The position numbers and the translations under genes were made by a program. Below are positions 1-9,865 of a DNA stretch of 64,000 nt, in pieces. Numbering within the stretch: the first letter of the stretch is position 1; each line of letters opens with the position of its first letter. Source of the DNA: Bdellovibrionales bacterium (GTDB taxonomy: Bacteria; Bdellovibrionota; Bdellovibrionia; Bdellovibrionales; UBA1609); contig DAHVQG010000004.1 in NCBI GenBank assembly GCA_027317865.1, positions 128,001 to 192,000 on the forward strand. Direction: 5' to 3'. The notes below the pieces were generated by a model. It did no database searches. It saw nothing but the letters and a program-made list of their open reading frames with translations, and was not told where the DNA came from.

Positions 1-56
1 CCCCCCTTACCCTCCAGGTCGCTTTTTTTTTGCCCAAAATCGTTTAACCTGAATGT

Positions 57-815
57 ATGCTTTCGTTTTTTGGGCTTTTATTTTTTCTGCCGGCCGCGTT
101 TGCGTTTCAAGTGTTTTTAGATGCGGGACATGGCGGTCAAGATCGAGGCGCCAGTTACGGAAAAATCGTCGAAAAAACGATTGCTTTAAGCGTCACCAAA
201 CGGGTCGGCCAATTGTTGGAACAGCACTCGGGGATTCAAGTCACGTACAGCCGAACAACGGACGTGTACCGGTCGCTTCAGCAAAGAGTCAGTATGGCAA
301 ACAAGGATCACCCAAATCTTTTTTTGAGTATTCATGTAAACGCATCGCCCGATCGCCGGGCTTGTGGACCCGATATTTATTTTCAGAACGTTTTAGATCC
401 TGACCAAGAAACTTTGTTTTTGGCTAACCTCGAAAATCAAAATCTTCGTGACGCGAGCAATTCTCGCCCCTCTGAACACTATGTCAAAGATCCCGATGTA
501 AACGCTATCATCGATGATCTGGAACGCGACCATCGCATACAGTTGAGCAGTATTTTTTCAGAGGATCTCCGCAAATATTGGGACGGCGATTACGCTGTTA
601 GCAGTAGCCAAGATATCCGGCAAGCCCCGTTTTATGTGATTAGCAACGTCAATGCTCCAGCCGCATTGCTCGAACTCGGCTATTTGACCAACCCGATCGA
701 AGGTCCCTTGCTCACTAAAGCCGCGTACCAAAACAAAATTGCCAAAGGTATAGTCAACGCCATAATCAAATACAAAGATGTCGTGGACAAGCGCTCACAA
801 CAAAGCCTAGATTAA
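57..815 (+). CDS. N-acetylmuramoyl-L-alanine amidase (Amidase_3), signal peptide, no AMIN domain
   Basis: Zinc-amidase motifs VFLDAGHGGQD, EK, SIHVNA and LLELGY; N-terminal signal peptide ending AFA. Confidence 0.9.
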   Translation: MLSFFGLLFFLPAAFAFQVFLDAGHGGQDRGASYGKIVEKTIALSVTKRVGQLLEQHSGIQVTYSRTTDVYRSLQQRVSMANKDHPNLFLSIHVNASPDRRACGPDIYFQNVLDPDQETLFLANLENQNLRDASNSRPSEHYVKDPDVNAIIDDLERDHRIQLSSIFSEDLRKYWDGDYAVSSSQDIRQAPFYVISNVNAPAALLELGYLTNPIEGPLLTKAAYQNKIAKGIVNAIIKYKDVVDKRSQQSLD

Positions 816-819
816 CGAC

Positions 820-1548
820 ATGCGCGCCGAAAATCGCCCTTACAATTCAATTCGAAAACTTGAAATAATCCCTCATGTCCTTCGTTATGCAGAAGGAAGC
901 GTGCGGATTCATTTAGGGGAAACCCAATTAATCTGCTCAGCCACAGTGGAACCTAATATACCTAAGTGGTTAATGGGTCAGGGCAGCGGCTGGATTACGG
1001 CCGAATACGGCATGTTGCCGCGTTCGACCCACACGCGAATCCAACGCGAAAAAGCGATGGCTGGCGGGCGAGCGCAAGAAATTTCACGGCTAATTGGGCG
1101 CGCACTTCGCGCCGGTTTTGATCTCAAGGCTCTAGGCGAAAGACAAATCACGGTTGATTGTGATGTATTACAGGCCGACGGCGGTACGCGAACTGCCGCC
1201 GTATCAGGTGGGTTTGTGGCCGTATGTCTTGCGCTCCAGTTTTTGATGCAGCAAAACCAACTCAAACAACTCCCGATCAAAAGTTATATCGCGGCAATCA
1301 GCGCCGGGATTGGCCACGACGGATGTCTTCTCGATCTCGATTATGATGAAGATTCTAGCATTAAGACCGACATGAATTTTGTGATGAACGATCACAACGA
1401 ACTCGTTGAAATTCAAGGGACTGCCGAGGGTGGTACTTTTAGTTTGTCTCAGCTCAATCAGCTCCTTGAGCTTGCACAGCAGGGTTGCCAGCAAGTTTTT
1501 CGCGCTCAACAAAAAATTATTGGCGAGTTCTTCCCACTAAAACAGTAA
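820..1548 (+). CDS. rph: Ribonuclease PH
   Basis: GWITAEYGMLP, EISRLIGRALR, DCDVLQADGGTRTA. Confidence 0.97.
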   Translation: MRAENRPYNSIRKLEIIPHVLRYAEGSVRIHLGETQLICSATVEPNIPKWLMGQGSGWITAEYGMLPRSTHTRIQREKAMAGGRAQEISRLIGRALRAGFDLKALGERQITVDCDVLQADGGTRTAAVSGGFVAVCLALQFLMQQNQLKQLPIKSYIAAISAGIGHDGCLLDLDYDEDSSIKTDMNFVMNDHNELVEIQGTAEGGTFSLSQLNQLLELAQQGCQQVFRAQQKIIGEFFPLKQ

Positions 1549-1570
1549 AAACTTAATCTTAAAAACGGGA

Positions 1571-2155
1571 ATGGCACTTATGGAACTATGGCTCGCCTCA
1601 AACAACCGCGGCAAACTCATTGAGTTTAAAACTCTGCTGCCAACACTCGACATTCATGCACAAAATGAATTGCCGGTATACAGTGCCCCCGTAGAAAACG
1701 GTAAAACGTTTGAAGACAACGCGCGAATCAAAGCTCGATCACTCAAATCTGTTAAAACTGGCGTTTGGGTTGTAGGTGAAGACTCTGGGCTTGAGGTCAG
1801 CGGTTTAAACAATTTCCCGGGCATTTATTCAGCCCGTTATGCAGGCGACCATGCGAGCGATGCGGAAAATGTCGCAAAGCTTTTAAAAATGCTCAACTTG
1901 CGTTCCCCTCACAACCGAGCGGCACGATTTGTTTGCACAATTGTCGCTTATTCGCCCGAGGGGCAGGAATTCGTGATGACCGGAACTTTTGATGGCCAAA
2001 TTTCTGAAAAGGTCAGGGGTAACGCCGGTTTTGGCTACGACCCGATTTTCATCCCCAATAATGAAACCCAAACACTGGCTGAACTGGGCATAACTCGCAA
2101 AAACCAAATTTCACATCGCGCAGCCGCGATTCGAAAACTGGCCGAGCTATTTTAG
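1571..2155 (+). CDS. rdgB: Non-canonical purine NTP pyrophosphatase (RdgB/HAM1); start may be 1580
   Basis: ASNNRGK, EDSGLEV, PGIYSARY, GFGYDPIF, SHR; follows rph as usual. Confidence 0.95.
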   Translation: MALMELWLASNNRGKLIEFKTLLPTLDIHAQNELPVYSAPVENGKTFEDNARIKARSLKSVKTGVWVVGEDSGLEVSGLNNFPGIYSARYAGDHASDAENVAKLLKMLNLRSPHNRAARFVCTIVAYSPEGQEFVMTGTFDGQISEKVRGNAGFGYDPIFIPNNETQTLAELGITRKNQISHRAAAIRKLAELF

Positions 2156-2460
2156 CCCTCGAACTCCTTAAACCCGTCTACTGTCACGCACACAAACGGA
2201 TCGAGCGAAGCATAGATCAAAAATTGGCGTTTGATTTTTTCTGAGGCCCCAACCAGAGCAAATCGCCCACCGCGTTGCCCCAGTTCAACTGCCGTCTTGT
2301 ACAGCAATTGAATCATCGGCAAGGACATAAACTGTAGGCCTGAAACGTCATAGGCCACCTGATTGACATCAGCCACCGCAGATACCAGCTCAGCCTTCGC
2401 TTCAGCGAAATTAAATGCATCTATCCGCCCAGGAGCGGTCAAATAACTCCAACCCGCCAT
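2152..2460 (-). CDS. STAS-domain protein (anti-sigma factor antagonist-like)
   Basis: GRID, DVSGLQFM and GGRFALVG pattern of the STAS fold; TATAAT 6 nt before the ATG. Confidence 0.7.
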   Translation of the reverse strand: MAGWSYLTAPGRIDAFNFAEAKAELVSAVADVNQVAYDVSGLQFMSLPMIQLLYKTAVELGQRGGRFALVGASEKIKRQFLIYASLDPFVCVTVDGFKEFEG

Positions 2461-2510
2461 GAGCAGATTATATAGACAAATTTTTAGTTTTTCAGTACAA
2501 AAACGAACCT

Positions 2511-3455
2511 ATGGCCGACCTCAAAATATTTTCTGGAAATACCAATCATCAATTTGCCGAGCGCGTTGCGGCTTGCGCCGGCGTTGAGCTCGGCCACTGC
2601 AAATTTGGGCGCTTTGCTGACGGTGAAATCCAAATCGAAATTCATGAGAGCGTACGCGGGTCAAATGTCTTTGTCATTCAAAGCACTTGCCCGCCGGTTA
2701 ACGAAAGTTATATGGAGCTTTTTCTGATTCTCGATTCATTGCGTAGGGCCTCAGCCGAAAACATCTCAGCTGTTTTACCGTACTACGGTTATGCCCGCCA
2801 AGACCGAAAGGTCGCGCCAAGGGCGCCGATTTCGGCAAAATGTGTGGCAACGCTTCTTAAAACGGCTGGAGCTGATCGGTTGATCGCCGTTGACTTGCAT
2901 TCGTCACAGATTCAAGGGTTTTTCGATGGCCCTGTGGATCACTTGTTTGCCACGCCCACATTTGCGCGAGAATGGCGCTCGCGATATGGCTCAGGCGATG
3001 AATTCGTTACAGTTAGCCCAGACGCCGGTGGTGTGGAGCGCACACGCGCGTTTGCAAAGCGCATTGGTTGCTCGATTGCGATTATTGATAAGCGCCGGGC
3101 CGGTCCAAATCAGGTCGAATCGGTTAATCTTGTGGGTGAAGTCCGTGGCAAAACCGCAATTATTTTGGACGATATGATCGATACCGCCGGGACTTTGACT
3201 CAGGCTGTTGACAGTCTTCTCAAGAATGGTGCAAAAAGGGTGTTTGCTGTTGCCACCCATCCCGTACTTTCGGGTCCGGCTGTTGCACGTTTGAAAGAAA
3301 GCGGCGTGGAAAAGGTATGGGTAACGGACACGATACCGTTAAGGCCCGAAGCTGTTGCAAGTGGCAAATTTGAAGTAATTTCGGTGGCCCCGGTCGTTGC
3401 TGAGGCCATCAAACGAATCAACACGCACGACAGTGTCAGCGCGTTGTTTGATTAG
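2511..3455 (+). CDS. prs: Ribose-phosphate pyrophosphokinase
   Basis: FADGEI, PYYGYARQDRK, DLHSSQIQGFF, VSPDAGG, DDMIDTAGT. Confidence 0.97.
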   Translation: MADLKIFSGNTNHQFAERVAACAGVELGHCKFGRFADGEIQIEIHESVRGSNVFVIQSTCPPVNESYMELFLILDSLRRASAENISAVLPYYGYARQDRKVAPRAPISAKCVATLLKTAGADRLIAVDLHSSQIQGFFDGPVDHLFATPTFAREWRSRYGSGDEFVTVSPDAGGVERTRAFAKRIGCSIAIIDKRRAGPNQVESVNLVGEVRGKTAIILDDMIDTAGTLTQAVDSLLKNGAKRVFAVATHPVLSGPAVARLKESGVEKVWVTDTIPLRPEAVASGKFEVISVAPVVAEAIKRINTHDSVSALFD

Positions 3456-3489
3456 AATACGGACTGTACAGAAGAAAGCGAGAGCGAAA

Positions 3490-4227
3490 ATGGCAGAAAA
3501 TTTTGAATTTAACGTTGAACTGAGAAAAACTGGTAAACACAATTCACGCCGTTTACGTCGAGAAGGGCATGTCCCGGCTGTTGTTTATGGGCCGAGCCTG
3601 AAAAACGTATCACTGTATGTATCTGAAAAGGAAGTTGTTCGATTTGCCAAGCAACAATACGAAAATACGATTTTTGTATTTAAATCCGCTGACAAATCGC
3701 TCAACAATTTAAAAGTGCTTAAAAAAGCCACCACTCTCCATCCCGTTTCTCGACGGCCCGTGCATCTTGATTTTTTCGCAATTGATTTAAACAAAGCCAT
3801 TCGCGTTTCGGTCGAAGTCCGCTACGAAGGTCGCGCCGCCGGAGTAAAAGATGGCGGTATTCTTAATACGGTTCGCCGCGACGTCGAAGTCGAATGCTTA
3901 CCCGCTCAAATCCCACAGTTTTTAGCCATCGATGTTACCCCGCTTGGAATTGGCAATTCGTTACACGTCTCAGATTTACAAATGCCCGAAGGAATCCGCT
4001 TGATCACGCTCCCGACCGAAACTCTTTGCACAGTCACTATGGTTGAAGAAATCGTGGCTGAGGTGGCTCCGGCCGCTGCTGCGACTGCCGAAGGTGCTGC
4101 TGCGGGAGCCGCTGCCGGTGCTGCTGCGGGAGCCGCTGCGGGCGCTGCCGGTGCTGCGGGTGCGACACCAGCCGCTGGTGCCGATGCGAAAAAAGCTGAA
4201 GCCGGCGGAAAAGACGCGAAAAAATAA
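3490..4227 (+). CDS. rplY: 50S ribosomal protein bL25 / general stress protein Ctc form
   Basis: SRRLRREGHVPAVVYG, HLDF, GVKDGG; prs-rplY-pth-ychF order; start moved to ATG 3490. Confidence 0.95.
   Translation: MAENFEFNVELRKTGKHNSRRLRREGHVPAVVYGPSLKNVSLYVSEKEVVRFAKQQYENTIFVFKSADKSLNNLKVLKKATTLHPVSRRPVHLDFFAIDLNKAIRVSVEVRYEGRAAGVKDGGILNTVRRDVEVECLPAQIPQFLAIDVTPLGIGNSLHVSDLQMPEGIRLITLPTETLCTVTMVEEIVAEVAPAAAATAEGAAAGAAAGAAAGAAAGAAGAAGATPAAGADAKKAEAGGKDAKK
4093..4139 (+). repeat. 24-bp tandem repeat in the Ala/Gly tail of rplY
   Basis: GGTGCTGCTGCGGGAGCCGCTGC at 4093 and 4117, encoding (GAAA)n. Confidence 0.8.
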
Positions 4228-4250
4228 TTCACGCGGACGTGCTATATTCG

Positions 4251-4868
4251 ATGAACGATATTCGCGGGCCAGTTCTTATTGTTGGGCTAGGGAATCCAGG
4301 GTACCGCTATCAGCTCACTCGGCATAATGTTGGTTTTTTGGTCCTCGATGCAATTTCACGTCATTTAGAAGCGGCGAATCCTGCTGAACAGTTCAAAAGC
4401 TTGGTCTCGAAAGTCAAACACGCGGGCCACGACGTCATTTTTGCTAAACCGCAAACGTTTATGAATTTGTCCGGCGAAGCCGTTCAACCTTTGATCGCGT
4501 TTTACAAAATTCCATTAGAAAATTTGCTCGTTATTCACGACGATATCGATCAACCGTTCGGACAAATGAAATTTCAAAAAAATCGCGGTACAGGCGGCCA
4601 CAATGGAATTCGCAACATTCATGAAAAATTGGGTACTGCCGATTACGCGCGTCTGAAAATTGGAGTTGGCCGGCCAGCCGAGCCGAAGATGGCCATCGAC
4701 AAATATGTTTTGCAAAATTTCGCCCCCGATCAAGAGGACCAACTGCGTGAAGTGATTCAGCGGGCCGGTGAAGCAACCTTGACATTTATCGAAGCCGGCT
4801 TTCAGCGCGCCCAAAACGAATACAATACGGGAGCGGTCCGTGAACAAAACGAAGAAGATTCGGAGTAG
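4251..4868 (+). CDS. pth: Peptidyl-tRNA hydrolase (start 4239 or 4251)
   Basis: LIVGLGNPG, TRHNVGF, KPQTFMNLSG, HDDID, GGHNG. Confidence 0.96.
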   Translation: MNDIRGPVLIVGLGNPGYRYQLTRHNVGFLVLDAISRHLEAANPAEQFKSLVSKVKHAGHDVIFAKPQTFMNLSGEAVQPLIAFYKIPLENLLVIHDDIDQPFGQMKFQKNRGTGGHNGIRNIHEKLGTADYARLKIGVGRPAEPKMAIDKYVLQNFAPDQEDQLREVIQRAGEATLTFIEAGFQRAQNEYNTGAVREQNEEDSE

Positions 4869-4873
4869 ATGAT

Positions 4874-5986
4874 ATGAGTTTAAAAGCCGGGATAGTCGGT
4901 CTACCCAACGTTGGCAAAAGCACTTTATTTAATGCTCTAACCGCGGCAAAGGCCGAAGCGGCCAATTACCCGTTCTGTACAATTGATCCGAATGTGGGGG
5001 TTGTGACGGTGCCGGACGAACGGCTCGACAAAATCGCACAGTTAGTGAAACCACAAAAAGTTGTCCCCACGGTAATGGAGTTTGTTGACATTGCGGGCCT
5101 AGTTGCTGGAGCGAGCAAGGGTGAAGGACTTGGTAACCAATTTCTCGCAAACATTCGTGAAACCGACGCCATATTGCACGTAGTCCGCTGTTTTGAGGAC
5201 TCAAACGTCGTTCACGTCGCCGGGTCTGTTGATCCGCAACGCGATATAGGCACGATTAACACCGAACTCGTTCTCGCTGATCTCGATAGCGTCGATAAGC
5301 GTTTGAAACGCATTGAAAAGGCGGCACAAAGTTCGAAGGACGTAAACCTCAAACTTGAATACGGCTTAGTAAAAAAAGTTTGGACGGCATTGAACGAAGG
5401 GCAACCCGCACGGTCGATTACAATTGACGAAGGTGAAGAACCTTTTTTGCACGAACTTCATCTGCTCACGACAAAACCCGTACTTTACGTATGCAACGTT
5501 GCGGAAGGTGATTACACTTCTTTGGGCACCGGCAATAAAAGCCAGTGGATCAAACAAGTTGAAGATCACGCCACGCGCGAAGGCAATCAAAGTGTTGCGA
5601 TTTGTTCGGCCATTGAAGCGGAGATCGCACAACTCCCCGAAGAAGAGCGGCTGGAGTTCATTCAATCGCTAGGCATGAAAGAACCTGGGCTGCATCGGCT
5701 CATTCGCGAGTCGTACAAATTGTTGAACTTAATTACGTACTTCACGGCCGGGCCGAAAGAAGTTCGTGCATGGACCATACGCAAAGGCACAAAAGCGCCA
5801 CAAGCGGCTGGGGTGATTCACTCTGATTTCGAACGCGGGTTCATTCGCGCCGAGACATATCACTGTGACGATTTATTCGAACTCAAAAACGAAGCGGCAG
5901 TAAAAGAGGCAGGCAAATACCGATCTGAGGGTAAAGACTACGTCGTTCGTGACGGTGATGTGATGCTATTTCGTTTTAACGTTTAG
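4874..5986 (+). CDS. ychF: Ribosome-binding ATPase YchF
   Basis: [30 protein letters not shown]-terminal FRFNV. Confidence 0.98.
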   Translation: MSLKAGIVGLPNVGKSTLFNALTAAKAEAANYPFCTIDPNVGVVTVPDERLDKIAQLVKPQKVVPTVMEFVDIAGLVAGASKGEGLGNQFLANIRETDAILHVVRCFEDSNVVHVAGSVDPQRDIGTINTELVLADLDSVDKRLKRIEKAAQSSKDVNLKLEYGLVKKVWTALNEGQPARSITIDEGEEPFLHELHLLTTKPVLYVCNVAEGDYTSLGTGNKSQWIKQVEDHATREGNQSVAICSAIEAEIAQLPEEERLEFIQSLGMKEPGLHRLIRESYKLLNLITYFTAGPKEVRAWTIRKGTKAPQAAGVIHSDFERGFIRAETYHCDDLFELKNEAAVKEAGKYRSEGKDYVVRDGDVMLFRFNV

Positions 5987-6013
5987 TTTGCGAGTAGCGA
6001 ACAAGACAAAATA

Positions 6014-7063
6014 CTATTCTTTTTTCGTTTGCGGATCCCAGGCGTCGCGAAGGCCGTCACCGAAAATATTGAATGCCATCATAGTTAAAAATAACGCAAG
6101 CCCTGGTGCTATAATAAGGTGCGGGTAAGTTCTAATTGTCTTCCATCCATCGTTGGCGAGCACTCCCCAACTGGAATACGGTGGCTGCAACCCAAGGCCA
6201 ATAAAGCTCAAAAAACTCTCAAACATAATGTTGGAGACAATCTGCGCAGTTACGACCACTATAATCGGCCCGGTGATGTTAGGAATAATGTGGCGAAAGA
6301 TAATCCGCCGGTCGCTTGCACCCATCGAACGTGCCGACTCAACATAAAGAGTTTGTTTCGCCTTTAAAACCTCGCCGCGCACAACACGCGAAAGCATGAG
6401 CCAGCCAAAAACGCTGAGTGCGAGAAGCACCCCCGCCACGGCCCTCACTTCCGGATTCATCCCTTGATCAATGGAATCGAACATGATTTTAACTAGAATA
6501 AGTAGCACAAGTGTCGGAATTGAATCTAATGTGTCCACAATTCGCATCATAAGGGCGTCAACGCGTCCTCCGATCCATCCCGAAATTGCACCATAGACCG
6601 TACCCATCACGAGCGAGACGAGGGCCGTTAAAACTCCAACCGCCATTGAAACTTGTGCGCCATAAATGAGTCGCGATAATAGATCACGCCCCAGATCGTC
6701 CGTTCCAAGCCAGTGCGACCACGATGGCGGCGCTAAAACCTCATTCGCATTCTGAGCTGCAAAACTGTAAGGTGCGATGTGCTGCGCGAATATCGCAATA
6801 AGGCTTACAAAACCAATAAAGATGAGCGAGATAAACGCCATACGGTTGCGCTTTAGCCGGCGCCACGTATCACGCCATAGAGAGCTACCTTTTGTTCGTT
6901 CCGCAGCACGCTCCAAAAAATCGACCCCTTGTACTGTTGGAGTAAAACTCGCGTTTTCTTCAAACTTGTGCGCGTGTGCATTCTCTCGCGATACAATCGC
7001 GGCATCTGACTCGCGCCTTACTTTCTGGCCGTTATCGCCGGCTCCAACAAAATCTGTGCTCAT
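6014..7063 (-). CDS. oppC: Oligopeptide ABC transporter permease (OppC/DppC)
   Basis: HWLGTDDLGRD, EAA-like loop YVESARSMGAS, GDGLRDAWDP. Confidence 0.92.
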   Translation of the reverse strand: MSTDFVGAGDNGQKVRRESDAAIVSRENAHAHKFEENASFTPTVQGVDFLERAAERTKGSSLWRDTWRRLKRNRMAFISLIFIGFVSLIAIFAQHIAPYSFAAQNANEVLAPPSWSHWLGTDDLGRDLLSRLIYGAQVSMAVGVLTALVSLVMGTVYGAISGWIGGRVDALMMRIVDTLDSIPTLVLLILVKIMFDSIDQGMNPEVRAVAGVLLALSVFGWLMLSRVVRGEVLKAKQTLYVESARSMGASDRRIIFRHIIPNITGPIIVVVTAQIVSNIMFESFLSFIGLGLQPPYSSWGVLANDGWKTIRTYPHLIIAPGLALFLTMMAFNIFGDGLRDAWDPQTKKE

Positions 7064-8175
7064 GTCAGTCTAATCTTTGGATCAAAATAGGTGTAGAGAA
7101 TATCGACAATAAAATTCGCTAAAATTAACATTGTGGCAAACACAAGCGTGACGCCAAGAACCATTGGGTAATCGCGATTGGTCACGCTCATTATGAAGTG
7201 CTTACCAATGCCGGGAATGTTAAAAATGTCTTCGACTACAAACGAACCCGAGAGAACGTACGCGGTGACGGGGCCAACGTAGGCCAAAACCGGAATGAGA
7301 GAATTTTTAAGCATATGCTTAAACAATATCGTTCGCTGTTTGAGGCCTTTGGCCTTGGCAGTTCGAACAAAATCCGATCGTGAGACTTCAAGAACACTTG
7401 ACCGCGTCAGACGAGCGATAACCGCGGCGGGTTGCATACCTAAAACTATAACAGGCAAAATATAAAAAGTGGTGCCATTCCACAACGCCACGGGCAGAAG
7501 ATTCCAGCCAAAACAAAAAATCGTAATGAGTATCGGCGCGGCTAAAAAACTGGGAATTGAAATAAACGAGGTAGCCGCGATCATGGTGACGTTGTCCTTC
7601 CAGGTGCCGTGATTGGCGGCCGCAAAAACTCCAGCTGGAATGCCCACCATTAATGCCAGAATCATCGCAAAAATCCCAAGCTGCATTGAAGCCGGTAAAC
7701 TCTCGGCAATAATGGATGAAACTTCACGACCAACGTAGGTATAGGAATAACCGAGATGACCAGTAGCAATTCCTTCGATGTAGCTAACATATTGCTTATA
7801 GATGGGCGCGTTTAAATCGTATTTCGCATCGATTGCCGCTTTCACCTGTGGCGGCAATGCTTTATTTTCATCAAATGGCCCGCCTGGGATGACCCGCAAC
7901 AAGAAAAATGTGATCGAAGCAATCGTGAAAATAACAAATAACGTCTGCATGAGACGTTTCAGAACATAGCCGGTCAATCCGTGAGTCGTTGCGTGAAAAA
8001 CAAGAAATACAATAACAAGAACAACGTCGCCGATAATGACACTGTTGGGGATTAAAAATCCGGCAAAGCTCCATATAGCGGTGAAGACAATTCCGGCGAG
8101 TGCCGCAATCGGCAAAATGATCCCGAGTTGGCGGATGACGGGATGACTCGCGCGACGTATGTCTTCGGCTGTCAC
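7060..8175 (-). CDS. oppB: Oligopeptide ABC transporter permease (OppB/DppB) with N-terminal hydrophobic extension
   Basis: PGGPFD, DFVRTAKAKGL, RDYPMVLG, DPKIR. Confidence 0.92.
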   Translation of the reverse strand: MTAEDIRRASHPVIRQLGIILPIAALAGIVFTAIWSFAGFLIPNSVIIGDVVLVIVFLVFHATTHGLTGYVLKRLMQTLFVIFTIASITFFLLRVIPGGPFDENKALPPQVKAAIDAKYDLNAPIYKQYVSYIEGIATGHLGYSYTYVGREVSSIIAESLPASMQLGIFAMILALMVGIPAGVFAAANHGTWKDNVTMIAATSFISIPSFLAAPILITIFCFGWNLLPVALWNGTTFYILPVIVLGMQPAAVIARLTRSSVLEVSRSDFVRTAKAKGLKQRTILFKHMLKNSLIPVLAYVGPVTAYVLSGSFVVEDIFNIPGIGKHFIMSVTNRDYPMVLGVTLVFATMLILANFIVDILYTYFDPKIRLT

Positions 8176-9794
8176 TTCACAATCTCCATTTTCTGCGGAT
8201 AAAATTTCATAAGCGAATTCAACGGATAATTTTTGATTCGCGAACTCACGAGATACTGAGACCGGTAAAAGTAAATCGGCACGACAACAGAGTCTTTGTC
8301 GAGCAATAGCTCTTGTGCCTCGTCGTAAAGTTTTTGGCGCTTTTGTTCACTAAACACAGTCGCCGCTTCTCGAACGAGATGATCGTATTTTTTATTGGCC
8401 CAATTCGTGTCATTGTTGGCGTTATCTGACTCGAACAAATTCATAAACGTATTGGCGTCTGGATAATCCGCGATCCATCCGAATCGAAACATCGGATAAG
8501 CTTTCGCCTGCATTGTGCGAAGATACGTTTTCCATTCTTCATTGGTAAGTTCGACTTTGATGCCGAGATTGGTTTTCAATTGCTCCTGGATAATCTCCGC
8601 TATGCGTTCATGATTTTCATCCGTATTGAACGCAATTTTAAGCCGCGGAAATTTCGACCGGTCTTTGTATCCGGCCTCGTCGAGTAATTTTCGCGCTTTC
8701 GCCGGATCGTATTTCGGTCCGATATTCGGATTGTATCCCACGAGTCCCGGTGGAATGAGCGTCGTTGCGGGCATTTCACTTCCGCCCATAATTTTATTAA
8801 TTTGGTCGCGGTTAATGGCCATGTTAATCGCCTGGCGGACTTTCACATTATTAAGCGGCGGCATTTTCACGTTAAGGCCGAAATAATAAACGCCAAGTGT
8901 TGTAACAATTCGATATTGCGGCATCGTCCGCACCGTACGAATGTCATCGCTCGGAATTTCGTCAAGAGCATCGAGCTGGCCGCGATTAAACATGCTAAGC
9001 GCGGTCGATTGATCTTGAACGATAAGCCCCAAAATATATTTAATTTTTGGTTTACGGCCGAAATATCCGTCATTGCGTTGAAGCACGACGGCTTTGCCGT
9101 GATCCCACTTTATTAACTTGTACGCTCCCAGAGTTTGGATGTGACTCGGATCCGTCCAGTGATTTCCCCACTTTGCGATAATATCTTTGCGAATCGGAAA
9201 GGTGCACTCGTTACCCAAAATCGCGGGGAAGAAACTTTCGGGCCGCGCAAGATTGACGACAAGTTCACCTTTTTTGTTGAGTCTGACGCCCACTTTACTG
9301 AAATTTTTAATTTTGCCTTCGAAATAGGCTTTGGCGTTTTTAATTATAAACAAATAATTTGCGTACAAAGCAGCCGTTTTGGGGTTTAGCAATCGCTGCC
9401 AGCTATCAATGATTTGTTGGCCGGTAAATGGAACGCCGTCCGTCCATTTAACATCTTGCCGCAACGTGAACGTCCAAGTTTTCATGTGGTTGGACGACCG
9501 CCAAGAAGCCGCCAAATCAGGCAATACTTGAACTTTACCGTTTTTGAATCCGTAACGAACAAGCCCGTCCATCATCGCATCGGCAATGCGGGAAGAAGTC
9601 GTGTCACTCATTAACGTCCAGTCAAGAGTCGGCGGCTCGGTTATGATGTTCCAACGCAGGGTTTGGTTCAACGGCAGGCCGTAGTCCACCTGGTTTCTGC
9701 GCGTACACGCGGTGATGAAAAAAGCATTGATGATTAAAAACGTGCCGGCCAACAAAGCGGCCGACCGTGCAGATACACGTTGAAAACGGCTCAT
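8172..9794 (-). CDS. oppA: Peptide ABC transporter substrate-binding lipoprotein (OppA family)
   Basis: Lipobox ITAC, EPPTLD, WTFTLR..KWTDG, VRQAINMAINR, GWIADYPD; SD GGAGG. Confidence 0.92.
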   Translation of the reverse strand: MSRFQRVSARSAALLAGTFLIINAFFITACTRRNQVDYGLPLNQTLRWNIITEPPTLDWTLMSDTTSSRIADAMMDGLVRYGFKNGKVQVLPDLAASWRSSNHMKTWTFTLRQDVKWTDGVPFTGQQIIDSWQRLLNPKTAALYANYLFIIKNAKAYFEGKIKNFSKVGVRLNKKGELVVNLARPESFFPAILGNECTFPIRKDIIAKWGNHWTDPSHIQTLGAYKLIKWDHGKAVVLQRNDGYFGRKPKIKYILGLIVQDQSTALSMFNRGQLDALDEIPSDDIRTVRTMPQYRIVTTLGVYYFGLNVKMPPLNNVKVRQAINMAINRDQINKIMGGSEMPATTLIPPGLVGYNPNIGPKYDPAKARKLLDEAGYKDRSKFPRLKIAFNTDENHERIAEIIQEQLKTNLGIKVELTNEEWKTYLRTMQAKAYPMFRFGWIADYPDANTFMNLFESDNANNDTNWANKKYDHLVREAATVFSEQKRQKLYDEAQELLLDKDSVVVPIYFYRSQYLVSSRIKNYPLNSLMKFYPQKMEIVK

Positions 9795-9865
9795 TTTACC
9801 CTCCCCCGGTCCTCATTCGTCGGCAATTTTGCCATCGATGTCAATTGTTTTACCTTAAAATATGC

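Noticed and set aside
3397-3489. 31-aa N-terminal extension of rplY in the ORF track
   Set aside because: It overlaps the prs 3-prime end; bL25 similarity begins at ATG 3490
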